Source: an uncultured cyanobacterium (lineage in GTDB: Bacteria; Cyanobacteriota; Cyanobacteriia; CAKZMO01). From it: a DNA stretch of 64,000 nt. Shown here one piece after another: positions 1 through 10,206 of this stretch; the stretch's first letter is position 1; every line of letters starts with the position of its first letter. A program made the position numbers and the translations under genes. The DNA lies in the NCBI GenBank assembly GCA_963719515.1, contig CAVRCJ010000010.1, forward strand, positions 416,001 through 480,000. The letters run 5' to 3'. Under the pieces are notes generated by a model that saw only the letters and a list, made by a program, of their open reading frames with translations, was not told the origin of the DNA and ran no database searches.

Positions 1-421
1 GACGGTCGCGTCCGTTAGACCAAATTTTTGGGGTTGTGATCAAGCTGAATCGAGTTACAGCTTCTAGCAGGTTAATCTACCCTATCTGTGGCCGAAAAGA
101 CAAGCCCTAGTTTTTTGGGGTGTGGTTTACTGGGGCGATCGCTGGCTGGATAGCTGTGGGTAACTTCTGTGTGCGCTAGTGGGGGGATGTTTTGAAAGGT
201 TGGGGGTGTGAGTGCGCTCAAATCTTTGCGGTGCGGGGGATGGGGCGTTTGGGGCTGGTGGGGAGGTTAGCGCGATCGCTGAAACTGTCGTGGTGAGAGG
301 GTTTGAGTTGTTACAGTCTTGTGATGTTTATGGCGAGTTGGTGGTGGAAGGGCTATTCTTGAGGGGATTAGCGAAAATGAACCTTGAAAACTTGATAGGC
401 ACTCCGTTTCAAAGTGCCGCA
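1..421 (+). promoter_or_regulatory. CRISPR leader region (5' limit uncertain)
   Basis: Non-coding stretch directly 5' of the first repeat. It contains GAACCTTGAAAAC (379-391), which I recall from cyanobacterial CRISPR leaders. The degenerate repeats lie at the opposite end of the array. Confidence 0.7.
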
Positions 422-1401
422 GTCGCAATGACCTAATACCCCGAAAGGGGATTGAAACATGGGACAATGCTCTATATGGACTCCGGTCTTATTGTCGCAA
501 TGACCTAATACCCCGAAAGGGGATTGAAACATATCTTAGGTGATCGTCTGTATCTTCCAGATCATAGTCGCAATGACCTAATACCCCGAAAGGGGATTGA
601 AACAGAGAACCTGGCTTCAAGGCAGCGGTATACAGTAAGTCGCAATGACCTAATACCCCGAAAGGGGATTGAAACATCGAATATATCTCGACTACCCTGA
701 TATGCAAATGTCGCAATGACCTAATACCCCGAAAGGGGATTGAAACGCCGTCGCGGTCCTTTATTGAGGTTATGGAGAGAGTCGCAATGACCTAATACCC
801 CGAAAGGGGATTGAAACGACCTAAGGCGCACCGACTACCTGGACATTGAAGGTCGCAATGACCTAATACCCCGAAAGGGGATTGAAACACGCTGGTTTTG
901 CCGCTGCCGGTTTCCCCGGCGATCGCGGTCGCAATGACCTAATATCCCGAAAGGGGATTGAAACGTCTTGTTGAGCTGCGGAAACACAAAGCTGCGCAGT
1001 CGCAATGACCTAATACCCCGAAAGGGGATTGAAACAAAGATAGTAGAGGTACTATCGGGCCACAGTAGCTTACCCGTCGCAATGACCTAATACCCCGAAA
1101 GGGGATTGAAACCAAACATTGACGCGACATAACGACCAGACGGAAGTCGCAATGACCTAATACCCCGAAAGGGGATTGAAACGGCGGTTTATCAGTCGGG
1201 ATCGGGTGCGTCGGCGATGTCGCAATGACCTAATACCCCGAAAGGGGATTGAAACGTACTGACGTGGCCAATGGCGCTATCTAGCTCATTGTCGCAATGA
1301 CCTAATACCCCGAAAGGGGATTGAAACGTGCTGGCGGCCAAGCCTACGGCCTGAATAGGGTGGGGTCGCAATGACCTAATACCCCGAAAGGGGATTGAAG
1401 C
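422..1401 (+). CRISPR. CRISPR array, 14 x 37-nt repeats, 13 spacers of 33-40 nt
   Basis: Repeat GTCGCAATGACCTAATACCCCGAAAGGGGATTGAAAC starts at 422, 494, 567, 639, 710, 781, 852, 928 (C>T variant), 999, 1076, 1146, 1219, 1291 and 1365 (ends GAAGC). It has a CCCC-GAAA-GGGG hairpin and an ATTGAAAC 3' end typical of Cas6-processed class 1 repeats. Confidence 0.99.
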
Positions 1402-1673
1402 ACTGCATTCAGACCGAGACAGATATTGATGAAAAGATTGCAATGATCCAAATATCCTGCAATCAACTATGTTTATCTCCAGAAGGACACAAAGCAAAAA
1501 TTGGGATTGCCAGGACCAGTGCAGAGTCGCCAAAATCAACTTTTCGCGCAGCACAAACAGTCAACCTCCTCAAGCGACCAATCGAAAGCTGAACCGCTAC
1601 ACAACAAAGTGAAGCAGACACAACTACCGCGCGTTCAGAGTTCTAAAACCTTCAATGTCCTGCGTCCGCCTCA

Positions 1674-1826
1674 GAGGGCGTTTGAAAAGTCACAAAAGTG
1701 CTGCATTACCCCCTCTAACTCCCCCTTGCTAAGGGGGAGAACTCCAACTTCCCCCCTTAGCAAGGGGGGACTGAGGGGGGTGAATCAGGAGCATACTGCT
1801 CCAACCGATACTTTTCAAACATCCTC
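1674..1826. mobile_element. MITE (IS5/IS1031-like ends) carrying a GC-rich hairpin doublet
   Basis: TIRs GAGGGCGTTTGAAAAGT / ACTTTTCAAACATCCTC (2 mismatches). TCA is duplicated at 1671-1673 and 1827-1829. Confidence 0.8.
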
Positions 1827-1868
1827 TCAGAACCACCCACCATCTAACCAACTCAAAAGAGGCAACCC

Positions 1869-3032
1869 TTACCCCACAGCAGCCTCCAACCCACCAGCCA
1901 GCGGCAGCCGACATTCCACCCTGCTCCAGCCCTCCTCATCCAAATCCCCCTCCCCAGACGGCGTCTCCAACAACGCCAGCTCCCCCCCCATCAGCGCCAT
2001 CAGCTGCTGACAGGTCATCATCGTCAACCCCACAGACGCATCCGAAAGACTCGCTTGTGTTTCAGAAGCCATCTCATACAGCGCCTTAGGGTCCGGCACG
2101 CTTTGCAGCAGCTCACAAGACTCCGACCAGGCCGCCGCCGGACGCTGGTCAGCTATCTTAATCAGCGCCTGCCCCCCCTGAATCTCCACACCGAGGCGAA
2201 TATAGCCGCTCTCCATCAGGTAAATCGGAGCCGTCAGCAAATGCAGCAGCACCTGCAGCAGCCGCTGGCGATCGCCATAAACCTCAATAGAATCTTCAGG
2301 GTGCTCAATAGTCAGCCTCAGATTGCGGTTTTGGGCCTGAATTTGCACCACCTGCTCCACCTCCAGCAGAATCTCATTCAGGTCAACGCTAGTCATCACA
2401 AGCGCCGCTCTGCCATGCTCCAGCTTAGAGAGTTCAGTCAGCTGGTCCAAAAGCTTCAGCAGCTTCAGGGCAGCGCCGTGGGCCTGACCCACAAACTCCC
2501 GCTCTTCTTCCGGGCTATCGCATAGATCCGTCAAAATCAGCTGATGCAGACCAATGACGCTGTTGAGAGGCGATCGCAGCTCATGGGAGGTGCGGGCCAA
2601 AAACCCCGCCTTCAGCTGGGCCATCTCCGCAGCGAGGTGGTACGCCAGCTGCCACTGGTCTTGCCCTGGAGCTTGCTCAGGCTGTGGATTAGGGTTTGGG
2701 ATGATACCTGGGTCAGTCTCTGGGCCAGCGCCTGAGCTAGACACCAGAGTCGTAGCCTGCTGCCCCTCATTGGGCAACCCAGCAGCAGCTGACCCGGCAC
2801 CAGATGGCCCGGCACCAGATGACCCAGCACCAGATGGCCCGGCACCAGATGACCCAGCATCAGAGTGAGCAGAGTCAGGAGACTGGTGAACAGAGTCAGG
2901 AGACTGCATCGCCCCTGCGCACCCCGCTCGCTCCGGGCCATTGCGCGACTCAAATTGAGGCCGAACGAGCCACCCCAGCGCACCACCGGCCAAGACACCG
3001 CTACTCAACCACACCATCGCCGTCCAGTCCAT
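1869..3032 (-). CDS. Membrane-anchored histidine kinase-like protein (HisKA plus degenerate HATPase domain)
   Basis: N-terminal TM helix and H-box FLARTSHELRSPL. The N, G1 and G2 boxes are poorly conserved. Confidence 0.85.
   Translation of the reverse strand: MDWTAMVWLSSGVLAGGALGWLVRPQFESRNGPERAGCAGAMQSPDSVHQSPDSAHSDAGSSGAGPSGAGSSGAGPSGAGSAAAGLPNEGQQATTLVSSSGAGPETDPGIIPNPNPQPEQAPGQDQWQLAYHLAAEMAQLKAGFLARTSHELRSPLNSVIGLHQLILTDLCDSPEEEREFVGQAHGAALKLLKLLDQLTELSKLEHGRAALVMTSVDLNEILLEVEQVVQIQAQNRNLRLTIEHPEDSIEVYGDRQRLLQVLLHLLTAPIYLMESGYIRLGVEIQGGQALIKIADQRPAAAWSESCELLQSVPDPKALYEMASETQASLSDASVGLTMMTCQQLMALMGGELALLETPSGEGDLDEEGWSRVECRLPLAGGLEAAVG
2791..2865. repeat. 15-nt tandem repeat x5 (GAGPS/GAGSS linker) inside the kinase gene
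   Basis: Units of GRCCCRGCACCAGAT. Confidence 0.9.
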
Positions 3033-3224
3033 TAAATACTTTCCTAGTAGCGCTGTATCTCTTTCAGTATGCCTTCTGGTTAGAGCCTGTCACTTAAAGT
3101 CTGTTTTGCTTACTACAAAAGGCCATTTTGCTTACTACAATAGACGGAGGTCGGTGCATCGCTGTGCCCCGATGATCGCTCTTACAGAGCTCAACTTACA
3201 GAGGCTCAACGAGGTAATCCGGCT

Positions 3225-4586
3225 ATGGCCCGCCCTATCGTCGCAATCATTGGTCGCCCCAACGTGGGCAAATCTACCTTAGTCAACCGGCTGGCCGGGG
3301 GGCGAGAGGCTATCGTACATGACGAGCCCGGCGTTACCCGCGATCGCACCTACCGGGACGCGTTCTGGCGCGATCGGGAGTTTCGGGTGGTGGATACGGG
3401 CGGTCTGGTGTTCGATGACGACACCGAGTTTTTGCCGCTGATTCGCGAGCAGGCGCTGCTGGCCCTGGGAGAGGCGAGCGCCGCTATCTTTGTGGTGGAT
3501 GGACAGGAAGGGCCGACGGTGGCCGACGAGACCCTTGCCGACTGGCTGCGCCAGCAGAAGGTGCCCGTCCTGCTGGCGGTGAACAAATGCGAGTCTGTAG
3601 ACGAGGGACTGCTGCTGGCGGCGCAGTTTTGGGGCCTGGGTCTAGGGGAGCCCTACCCCGTGTCGGGCATCCACGGCAGCGGCACCGGAGAGCTGCTAGA
3701 CGCCCTGATGGCCTACCTGCCGCCGACCGATGAGCTAACGGAGGAAAACGAGATTCGCGTGGCGATCGTGGGTCGGCCCAACGTCGGCAAGTCGAGCCTG
3801 CTGAATTCCTTTGTCGGGGAGAACCGCGCCATCGTCAGCCCGATCTCCGGCACCACCCGAGACACCATCGATATGCTGGTGGAGCGGCAAGGCCAGCGCT
3901 ACCGGATCATCGACACCGCCGGCATCCGCAAGAAGAAGAGCGTGCATTACGGCCCAGAGTTTTTTGGCATCGCCCGCGCCTTCAAGGCCATTCGCCGGGC
4001 CGACGTCGTGCTCTTTGTGGTGGACGCCGTAGACGGCATCACCGAGCAGGACCAGAAGCTAGCCGGACGCATTGAAGACGAGGGAAGAGCCTGCGTCGTG
4101 GTCGTCAACAAGTGGGACGCGGTGGAAAAAGACTCCCACACCATTTACGAACACGAGCGCCACCTCAAAGACCGGCTCTACTTTTTGGCCTGGGCGGAGC
4201 ACATTTACGTCAGCGCCGTGACGGGGCAGCGGGTGGAAAAGATTTTAGACTTAGTGGATTTAGCGGCGGCGGAGCACCAGCGCCGGGTCACGACCTCGGT
4301 GGTCAACGAAGTGCTGGAGGATGCCGCACGCTGGCACTCTCCCCCCACCACGCGCCAGGGCCGTCAGGGCAAAATCTACTACGGTACCCAGGTGCGGGCT
4401 CAGCCCCCCACCCTGGCGCTGTTCGTCAACGACCCCAAGCTATTCAATGAAAACTACCGCCGCTATATGGAGCGTCAGTTCCGCGAGCAGCTTGGCTTCC
4501 AGGGCAGTCCCATTCGCCTGATTTGGCGGGGTAAAAAGGTGCGGGATATGGAGCGCCAGACCGCGAACCGGGCAACTAAGGTATAA
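3225..4586 (+). CDS. der: Ribosome biogenesis GTPase Der (EngA)
   Basis: Two tandem G domains (GRPNVGKS x2, DTGG/DTAG, NKCE/NKWD) and a C-terminal KH-like domain. Confidence 0.98.
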   Translation: MARPIVAIIGRPNVGKSTLVNRLAGGREAIVHDEPGVTRDRTYRDAFWRDREFRVVDTGGLVFDDDTEFLPLIREQALLALGEASAAIFVVDGQEGPTVADETLADWLRQQKVPVLLAVNKCESVDEGLLLAAQFWGLGLGEPYPVSGIHGSGTGELLDALMAYLPPTDELTEENEIRVAIVGRPNVGKSSLLNSFVGENRAIVSPISGTTRDTIDMLVERQGQRYRIIDTAGIRKKKSVHYGPEFFGIARAFKAIRRADVVLFVVDAVDGITEQDQKLAGRIEDEGRACVVVVNKWDAVEKDSHTIYEHERHLKDRLYFLAWAEHIYVSAVTGQRVEKILDLVDLAAAEHQRRVTTSVVNEVLEDAARWHSPPTTRQGRQGKIYYGTQVRAQPPTLALFVNDPKLFNENYRRYMERQFREQLGFQGSPIRLIWRGKKVRDMERQTANRATKV

Positions 4587-4633
4587 AAAGCCTGAGCATA
4601 GGCTACTAGAGATTAGGTCAACCGTTATAGCGC

Positions 4634-5536
4634 ATGGATCTACTGCGATCGCTGCCCATTGGGCTCTATTTGGAGCAGCCTTCCACCTGGCTGCACCGCA
4701 TCGACGGGCGCGTCAAGTTTGCTTGGCTGCTGAGCTTTTTGCTGACCCCCATCGCCGCTAGCCCTGCCTGGCGGCTGACTATTGTGGCGGTGCTGCTGCT
4801 GCTCACCGTCATTGTTGGCATTCCTCGGCGCGTTTGGCAGCGGCAGGTGCTGCTGCTGCTGGGGTTCTCGCTGCTGCTGTTTTGCGTCACTCTGCTGCTG
4901 CCCGACGGCGTGGATGTGGCTTACCAGCCGCGATTGCCCCCCGGCGACGTGGTTTCCCTGGGCGATGCCCCAGCCCAGGTGAGCGCCCTGCCCCAGCCCA
5001 GCGGTTACCGCTACGTCTTATTAGACTGGTGGCGGGTGCGCGTTACCCGCCGCTCCCTAGACCTCGCCGTTCGCATTTCTACCTTGACCTTCACCCTGCT
5101 TTACAGCAGCAGCCTCTACCTGCTGACCACCATGCCCGAAGAGATTACGGCAGGACTAGAGTTTCTTCTACGGCCTCTACGGGTTTTGCGGGTGCCGGTT
5201 ACGGAGATTGTGCTGACGCTGACGCTGTCTCTACGATTTATTCCCCTGGTTTTAGAAGAGGTGCAAAATCTGATTCGCTCGGTGCGCACCCGGGCCATCA
5301 ATTGGAAAAAGCTTGGGGCCAAAGGCTCGCTGCAGGTGTGGCTGATGGTGGCCGAGCGGCTGTTTCAAAATTTAATTCTTCGGGCTGAGCAAACCGCCAG
5401 CGCCATGCAGGTGAGGGGGTTCACCACTGCTGATACCCACCGTGTTCGCTGGCATCAGTTCCGCTTTAGGGTCAGGGACGGCGTTGCGATCGCCATTTTG
5501 CTTGGGTTCTGGGTGACTCGCCTGCGCTGGGGCTAA
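4634..5536 (+). CDS. ECF transporter transmembrane component (EcfT/CbiQ, Ycf92-like)
   Basis: MDLLRSLPIGLYLE start, multiple TM segments, LRFIP and AMQVRG motifs. Confidence 0.9.
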   Translation: MDLLRSLPIGLYLEQPSTWLHRIDGRVKFAWLLSFLLTPIAASPAWRLTIVAVLLLLTVIVGIPRRVWQRQVLLLLGFSLLLFCVTLLLPDGVDVAYQPRLPPGDVVSLGDAPAQVSALPQPSGYRYVLLDWWRVRVTRRSLDLAVRISTLTFTLLYSSSLYLLTTMPEEITAGLEFLLRPLRVLRVPVTEIVLTLTLSLRFIPLVLEEVQNLIRSVRTRAINWKKLGAKGSLQVWLMVAERLFQNLILRAEQTASAMQVRGFTTADTHRVRWHQFRFRVRDGVAIAILLGFWVTRLRWG

Positions 5537-5699
5537 CCGCAACCCGCTCCCCGGCATCCCCGATTTATATTAAGCGTGCTTTACTTTGATTACAGTGAAA
5601 GCGCTCGGAATGTTACAACTTGCTAATAATATAGATAACAACCGTCCTAATCCGCCCCTTCCCATCCCATGTTTTTCTATGAGCGCCGTCAGATCTGAC

Positions 5700-5966
5700 A
5701 TGAGTACCGAGACCTACCTCAATCACCCAACATTTGGGCTCTTGTACCAAGTTTGTCTGATCGAAAATCAAAAAGAGCTGTTCGCGACGCTTTACGCTCA
5801 GCGCCTGTTTTTTATTGTTACCAGCGGGGCTGGTGGCGTTGAGTTCGATCCCATCGGACGCACAGACGCTAGAGTCCTAGTCGAGAACCGACTGCGGATG
5901 CTCCGCCATACCAACAGCCGCCAAGAGTACGAAGCGCTACAGTTCGTTCACAAGCAAACGTTTTAG
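5700..5966 (+). CDS. pipX: PII-interacting protein PipX
   Basis: MSTETYLNHPTFGLLY...FATLYAQRLFF, 88 aa from the ATG at 5700, upstream of pipY. Confidence 0.95.
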   Translation: MSTETYLNHPTFGLLYQVCLIENQKELFATLYAQRLFFIVTSGAGGVEFDPIGRTDARVLVENRLRMLRHTNSRQEYEALQFVHKQTF

Positions 5967-5968
5967 CA

Positions 5969-6643
5969 ATGTCACTTTCCTCTGACGCTGTCGCTGAGAG
6001 AATTACAGCGCTTCAGCAGGCTGTCCCCGCGAACGTGACGCTGGTGGCCGTCACTAAACAGGTGCCCGTTCACCTGATGAGGCTGGCCTACAGCCTGGGC
6101 ATCCGGAACTTCGGAGAGAGCAAGGTTCAGGAGGCGGCAGATAAGCAGGCCCAGCTCGACGACCTCACGGGAATCACCTGGCATCTGATTGGGCATCTTC
6201 AAAGCAACAAGGCCAGCAAAGCCCTGAGTCAGTTTCAGTGGATTCACTCTCTCGACAGCCTGAAGCTTGCCCTGCGGCTCAACAAGCTGTCCGCAGAGGC
6301 CGAGGTGCCCCCCAACCTCTGCCTGCAGGTTAAGCTGAGGCCCGATCCCAAAAAATACGGCTGGTCTCCTGAGGAGTTGCTCCAAGACTTACCCCAGCTT
6401 GACCAGTGCGAGAATCTCTCTATTCAAGGCCTGATGGTGATCCCACCCTACGGACTGCCGGAAGAAGAAACCCACCAGGTGTTTGCCGACGCCCGCCAGC
6501 TCGCTGACACAATCCGTCAGCGTTCCCCCTCGCGGATTCAGATGACGCAGCTTTCTATGGGCATGTCTGACGACTACCTGCTTGCGATCGCCGCCGGGGC
6601 CACCCTGATTCGTCCGGGGCGGATCCTGTTTGGCGAGCGCTAA
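5969..6643 (+). CDS. pipY: PLP-binding protein PipY (YggS family)
   Basis: LVAVTK, FGES, WHLIGHLQSNK, LSMGMSDDY. Confidence 0.96.
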   Translation: MSLSSDAVAERITALQQAVPANVTLVAVTKQVPVHLMRLAYSLGIRNFGESKVQEAADKQAQLDDLTGITWHLIGHLQSNKASKALSQFQWIHSLDSLKLALRLNKLSAEAEVPPNLCLQVKLRPDPKKYGWSPEELLQDLPQLDQCENLSIQGLMVIPPYGLPEEETHQVFADARQLADTIRQRSPSRIQMTQLSMGMSDDYLLAIAAGATLIRPGRILFGER

Positions 6644-7085
6644 AGGTAACGTTTTAGCGGTCCCGTCCCAAGGGCAGCGTTTTGGCCGCGATTCTTAATT
6701 TGGCCGCGCCACAGCTACCGCGATCGCCTAAACTTTAGAAATCTTTCAAAATTTACAGCGGCTGGATTGCGGATAGATTGATATCATCGTCCAGCGCTTT
6801 TTAAATACGTTTTGATCCCCGAGGGTAGTCCGTGCAACATTTGCGGTTTATTTCGCAAATGCATTGAACTATCAGGCATTGCAGTATATGATTTCATTCA
6901 AATCGTGCTATGCGAACAAGGGTGATCAAAGTTACAGTCTCAGTGGTGTTAGCCCCCAACAGGCAGCAGCGGATAGGGTCAGAACTGCTGGTTTAGTGCT
7001 TCGTTTAAGCGTTGCTCCCTGTCCTTCTTACCAGTCGAATTGAGACCTACATGCCTGCCACATCAAGTTATACGGAGTATTAGCA

Positions 7086-7673
7086 GTGAGCAACATTTTC
7101 AGTAAGCTTAAGGACTTTGTCGGATTTAATGAGCCCCTAGATTACGAGTATGACTACGACGAGGTCAACGACAACGCTTATCAAGACCTCTATCAGTCAG
7201 AAAATACCGACTCCGAGCAAGAGTCTCGTCAGCCCCGCGTGCGCGAACGTGCTGCCGTAACGACGGAACTGGGCAGCCGCAGCAGCAGTGCCGTACTGGG
7301 CAGCAACGTTATTGGAATGCCGGGGGCGCTCAACGGCATGTCTGAGGTGGTGGTCATTGAGCCCCAGTCTTTCGAGGAAATGCCCCAGGTGATTCGCTCC
7401 CTACGAGAGCGGAAGTCAGTGGTGCTCAACCTCACCCACATGGATGCCGATCAGGCCCAGCGCTCTGTAGACTTTATTGCAGGCGGCACCTATGCCATTG
7501 ACGGCCACCAGGAAAGAATTGGGGAGAGCATCTTTTTGTTTACGCCCAACTGCGTGCAGGTGAGGACGCAGCCCGGCATGCCTGCCGACGTGCCGGCATC
7601 GCCTAGCGAAGCGCCGTCTTACTTGCCGACGCCACCGCCGGCTTGGGGAAGCGAGCAGGCTCGCATGGCCTAG
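7086..7673 (+). CDS. sepF: Cell division protein SepF
   Basis: [12 protein letters not shown]...[17 protein letters not shown]; conserved pipY-sepF-proC order. Confidence 0.95.
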   Translation: MSNIFSKLKDFVGFNEPLDYEYDYDEVNDNAYQDLYQSENTDSEQESRQPRVRERAAVTTELGSRSSSAVLGSNVIGMPGALNGMSEVVVIEPQSFEEMPQVIRSLRERKSVVLNLTHMDADQAQRSVDFIAGGTYAIDGHQERIGESIFLFTPNCVQVRTQPGMPADVPASPSEAPSYLPTPPPAWGSEQARMA

Positions 7674-7723
7674 CGGGCCGGTAGCGCTTCGATACTTTGC
7701 GGTTGACTAGACGAGGATAGCTT

Positions 7724-8530
7724 GTGGTACTTGGGGTGATAGGCGGCGGTGTCATGGGCGAAGCGCTCATTCGCCGCCTGGTTGAGCGGTCTGTCTACGT
7801 CCCTCAAGAGATTCTCGTTAGCGATCCGCAGGCGGAGCGACTGGCTTACTTAAGCGATCGCTACGGTATTCGAGCGGCGAAGAACAACGGGGCTGTCGCC
7901 GCTGAGGCGAGCGTGCTGCTGCTGTCGGTCAAGCCGCAGGTGTTTGACGCCGTTGCAGTAGATCTCAAACCTCACCCAGAGCGCGCTTCAGCGCCCCCCC
8001 TGATTCTGTCGATTTTAGCGGGCATTCCCCTTGCCCGCCTAGAAGCGACGTTTTCAGAGCAGCCCGTGGTTCGAGCCATGCCCAACACGCCTGCCACGGT
8101 AGGCGCGGGAATCACGGCGATCGCCCCTGGGACGAGGGCAACCCCTGAGCATATTGAGCAGGCGACGCAGCTGTTCTCAGCGGTGGGGCAGGTGGTGCAG
8201 GTGCCAGAGTCTTCGATGGACGCAGTGACCGGTCTCTCTGGGTCGGGTCCGGGCTACGTCGCCCTAGTGATTGAGGCGCTGACGGACGGCGGAGTCGCGG
8301 TGGGGCTACCTCGGGCGGTGGCGGCACAGCTGGCGGTGCAGACCGTCCGGGGGACAGCTGAGCTGCTGGCAACGGGGGAGTTGCACCCCGCGCAGCTCAA
8401 AGACCGGGTGACTAGCCCTGGCGGCACTACCATCGCGGGCGTAGCTCACCTAGAGCAGGCCGGTCTGCGCTCGGCGCTGATTGGAGCGGTGCAGGCGGCC
8501 TACCAGCGATCGCAGGAGCTGGGGTCTTGA
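7724..8530 (+). CDS. proC: Pyrroline-5-carboxylate reductase
   Basis: GVIGGGVMG, RAMPNTP, GLSGSGP, VTSPGGTT. Confidence 0.97.
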   Translation: MVLGVIGGGVMGEALIRRLVERSVYVPQEILVSDPQAERLAYLSDRYGIRAAKNNGAVAAEASVLLLSVKPQVFDAVAVDLKPHPERASAPPLILSILAGIPLARLEATFSEQPVVRAMPNTPATVGAGITAIAPGTRATPEHIEQATQLFSAVGQVVQVPESSMDAVTGLSGSGPGYVALVIEALTDGGVAVGLPRAVAAQLAVQTVRGTAELLATGELHPAQLKDRVTSPGGTTIAGVAHLEQAGLRSALIGAVQAAYQRSQELGS

Positions 8531-8546
8531 CCCTTGAGTCTTGACG

Positions 8547-9746
8547 TTACAGGTAGGCGGCAGGGTTGACGGGGGAGCCGTCGCGGCGTACTTCAAAATG
8601 CAGATGAGGGCCCGTGGAGAGGCCGGTGGACCCTACGGCGGCAATCACCTGCCCCCGCTGCACGGTGTCGCCCTCCGATACATAGACCCGGCTGGCGTGG
8701 CCGTACAGGGTCGTGACGCCGTTTCCATGGTTGATGATGACGGCGCGACCATAGCCGCCGTACCACCCCGCAAACAAAACCCGTCCCGCATCGGCAGCTC
8801 GAATGGGCGTTCCCTGGCTGGCCCCAAAATCAATGCCAGAGTGGAAGCGCCGAGAGCCCAAGATAGGATGTACGCGCCAGCCAAAAGAGCTGGTGATTCG
8901 TCCCGCCGCTGGAAACGCCATCTGGCCTGATCCTAGGGCAACCTGCTGGCTGGCGGCAATCCGCTGCTGGATGAGGGCCGTCAGGCTTTTGGAGTCCTGC
9001 TCGAGGCGCGCTTCCGCTTCTTCGAGAGCCTTGCGGTCCTGCTGCAGCCGCACCACTAGAGTGCTTTGCTCTTGAGCCTGGGCCTCGTATTCCGACTTTT
9101 GCAGCAGCAGCCGCTGCCGCAGGAGCGCGATGTCGTTTTTCTTTTGCTCAACGCGCCGTTGAGTTTGCTCGATGGCGTCCGCCTCTTGGGCTAGCCCCGT
9201 CAGAATGCCTCGGTCGTTTGTATAGAGCAGCGATAGCTGTCGCCGTCGGTCTAAAAACTCGTTGAGATTATCGCTCTGCAGCAGCACCGCCCAGCCCTGA
9301 CCGATGGTCTGACGCTGCAGAAAGCGGAGCCGCGCTACGGTGGCGTACTGGTGGTCTTGGTGGGCCTGCTCTGCGCTAGCAAGGTCCTTTTGCAGCGTTT
9401 GCAGCTGGGTTTGGGCTGCCGCAAGACGCCGTTCGCTGTCGTCAACTTGATCTGACGTAGCTTGAATCGAATCCTTCAAGGTGCTCAGCTCGTCCTGGGC
9501 TTCTCCTTCCAGCGTCTGCAGGCGATCGCGCTCCTGCTGAATGGTGCTGCGCTGCTGCTCAACCTGCCGCTGCTGCTGCTGCAAAGTCTCGATTGAGGCG
9601 TTGGTTTGAGCGATTTGGGTGCGGTGCGGCGCGGCATAAGCTGCGCCAGCAGGCCCGGCCATCGCGACCTGCAGGCTGAGGAATAGGCCTACCCCCCAGC
9701 TCAGCAGCCAGCCCCGCCGCCGTGACCGAGGCACACCGACTCTCAT
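8547..9746 (-). CDS. Coiled-coil M23 peptidase (EnvC/NlpD-like)
   Basis: Signal peptide, long coiled coil, HSGID and HLHFE zinc motifs. The start was taken at the ATG at 9746. Confidence 0.9.
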   Translation of the reverse strand: MRVGVPRSRRRGWLLSWGVGLFLSLQVAMAGPAGAAYAAPHRTQIAQTNASIETLQQQQRQVEQQRSTIQQERDRLQTLEGEAQDELSTLKDSIQATSDQVDDSERRLAAAQTQLQTLQKDLASAEQAHQDHQYATVARLRFLQRQTIGQGWAVLLQSDNLNEFLDRRRQLSLLYTNDRGILTGLAQEADAIEQTQRRVEQKKNDIALLRQRLLLQKSEYEAQAQEQSTLVVRLQQDRKALEEAEARLEQDSKSLTALIQQRIAASQQVALGSGQMAFPAAGRITSSFGWRVHPILGSRRFHSGIDFGASQGTPIRAADAGRVLFAGWYGGYGRAVIINHGNGVTTLYGHASRVYVSEGDTVQRGQVIAAVGSTGLSTGPHLHFEVRRDGSPVNPAAYL

Positions 9747-9765
9747 GGCGATCGCTTCAACCGCA

Positions 9766-10035
9766 TCACGGCCCCGCAAAAACCGCCTCTTCTAAGTCTT
9801 GGCGGCTCAGGGAATATTTGAAAGAGCGCTGAACGTCGTCGCCGTCTTTGGCCCCGATATAGCGGATGTTCAGTGCGTCAGTGTCGAGGGTCAATTCGGC
9901 CTGCCAGCCGTCTTGCTCTATATGCCAGCAGTGGCGATTCTCAGAACTTTGCTCACAGCCCTGGGACAAAAGCCACTGCTCGATGTCGGGTAGCGGATGG
10001 TTGTACAGCGGGGTGTCGGCGGTGGGAAGTGTCAT
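9766..10035 (-). CDS. Conserved cyanobacterial protein (DUF3143-like)
   Basis: TPLYNHPLPDIEQWL...RSFKYSLSRQDLEEAVFAGP. Confidence 0.8.
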   Translation of the reverse strand: MTLPTADTPLYNHPLPDIEQWLLSQGCEQSSENRHCWHIEQDGWQAELTLDTDALNIRYIGAKDGDDVQRSFKYSLSRQDLEEAVFAGP

Positions 10036-10206
10036 AGAGGCTTACTCGGCGGTGGGCGTCAGCGGTTGGAGAAGGTCAAAGGCAAGAGGGGAGGAGCGGG
10101 CAGCCGCTTAAATCTACAGCTCACTATCATAGCAGCCTGCCCTCTGGGTTAATAGGGCTGTGGTTAATAGGGCCACGGTTAATAAGGCCAGGGCCGCAAA
10201 ACACGT

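Noticed and set aside
1..110. Possible 3' end of a cas2 gene (frame 3 ends ...LIYPICGRKDKP)
   Set aside because: Resemblance is limited to a few residues and cannot be supported.
459..1364. Self-targeting spacers within the window
   Set aside because: None was noticed by eye. This is not an exhaustive search and needs BLASTn.
212..1592. Short ORFs over the leader and array
   Set aside because: These are translations of CRISPR repeats and spacers.
5586..5699. N-terminal extension of PipX in the ORF track, and similar extensions at 11548, 14145, 41238 and 57891
   Set aside because: Family similarity begins at downstream ATGs. The extensions run through promoters or neighbouring genes.
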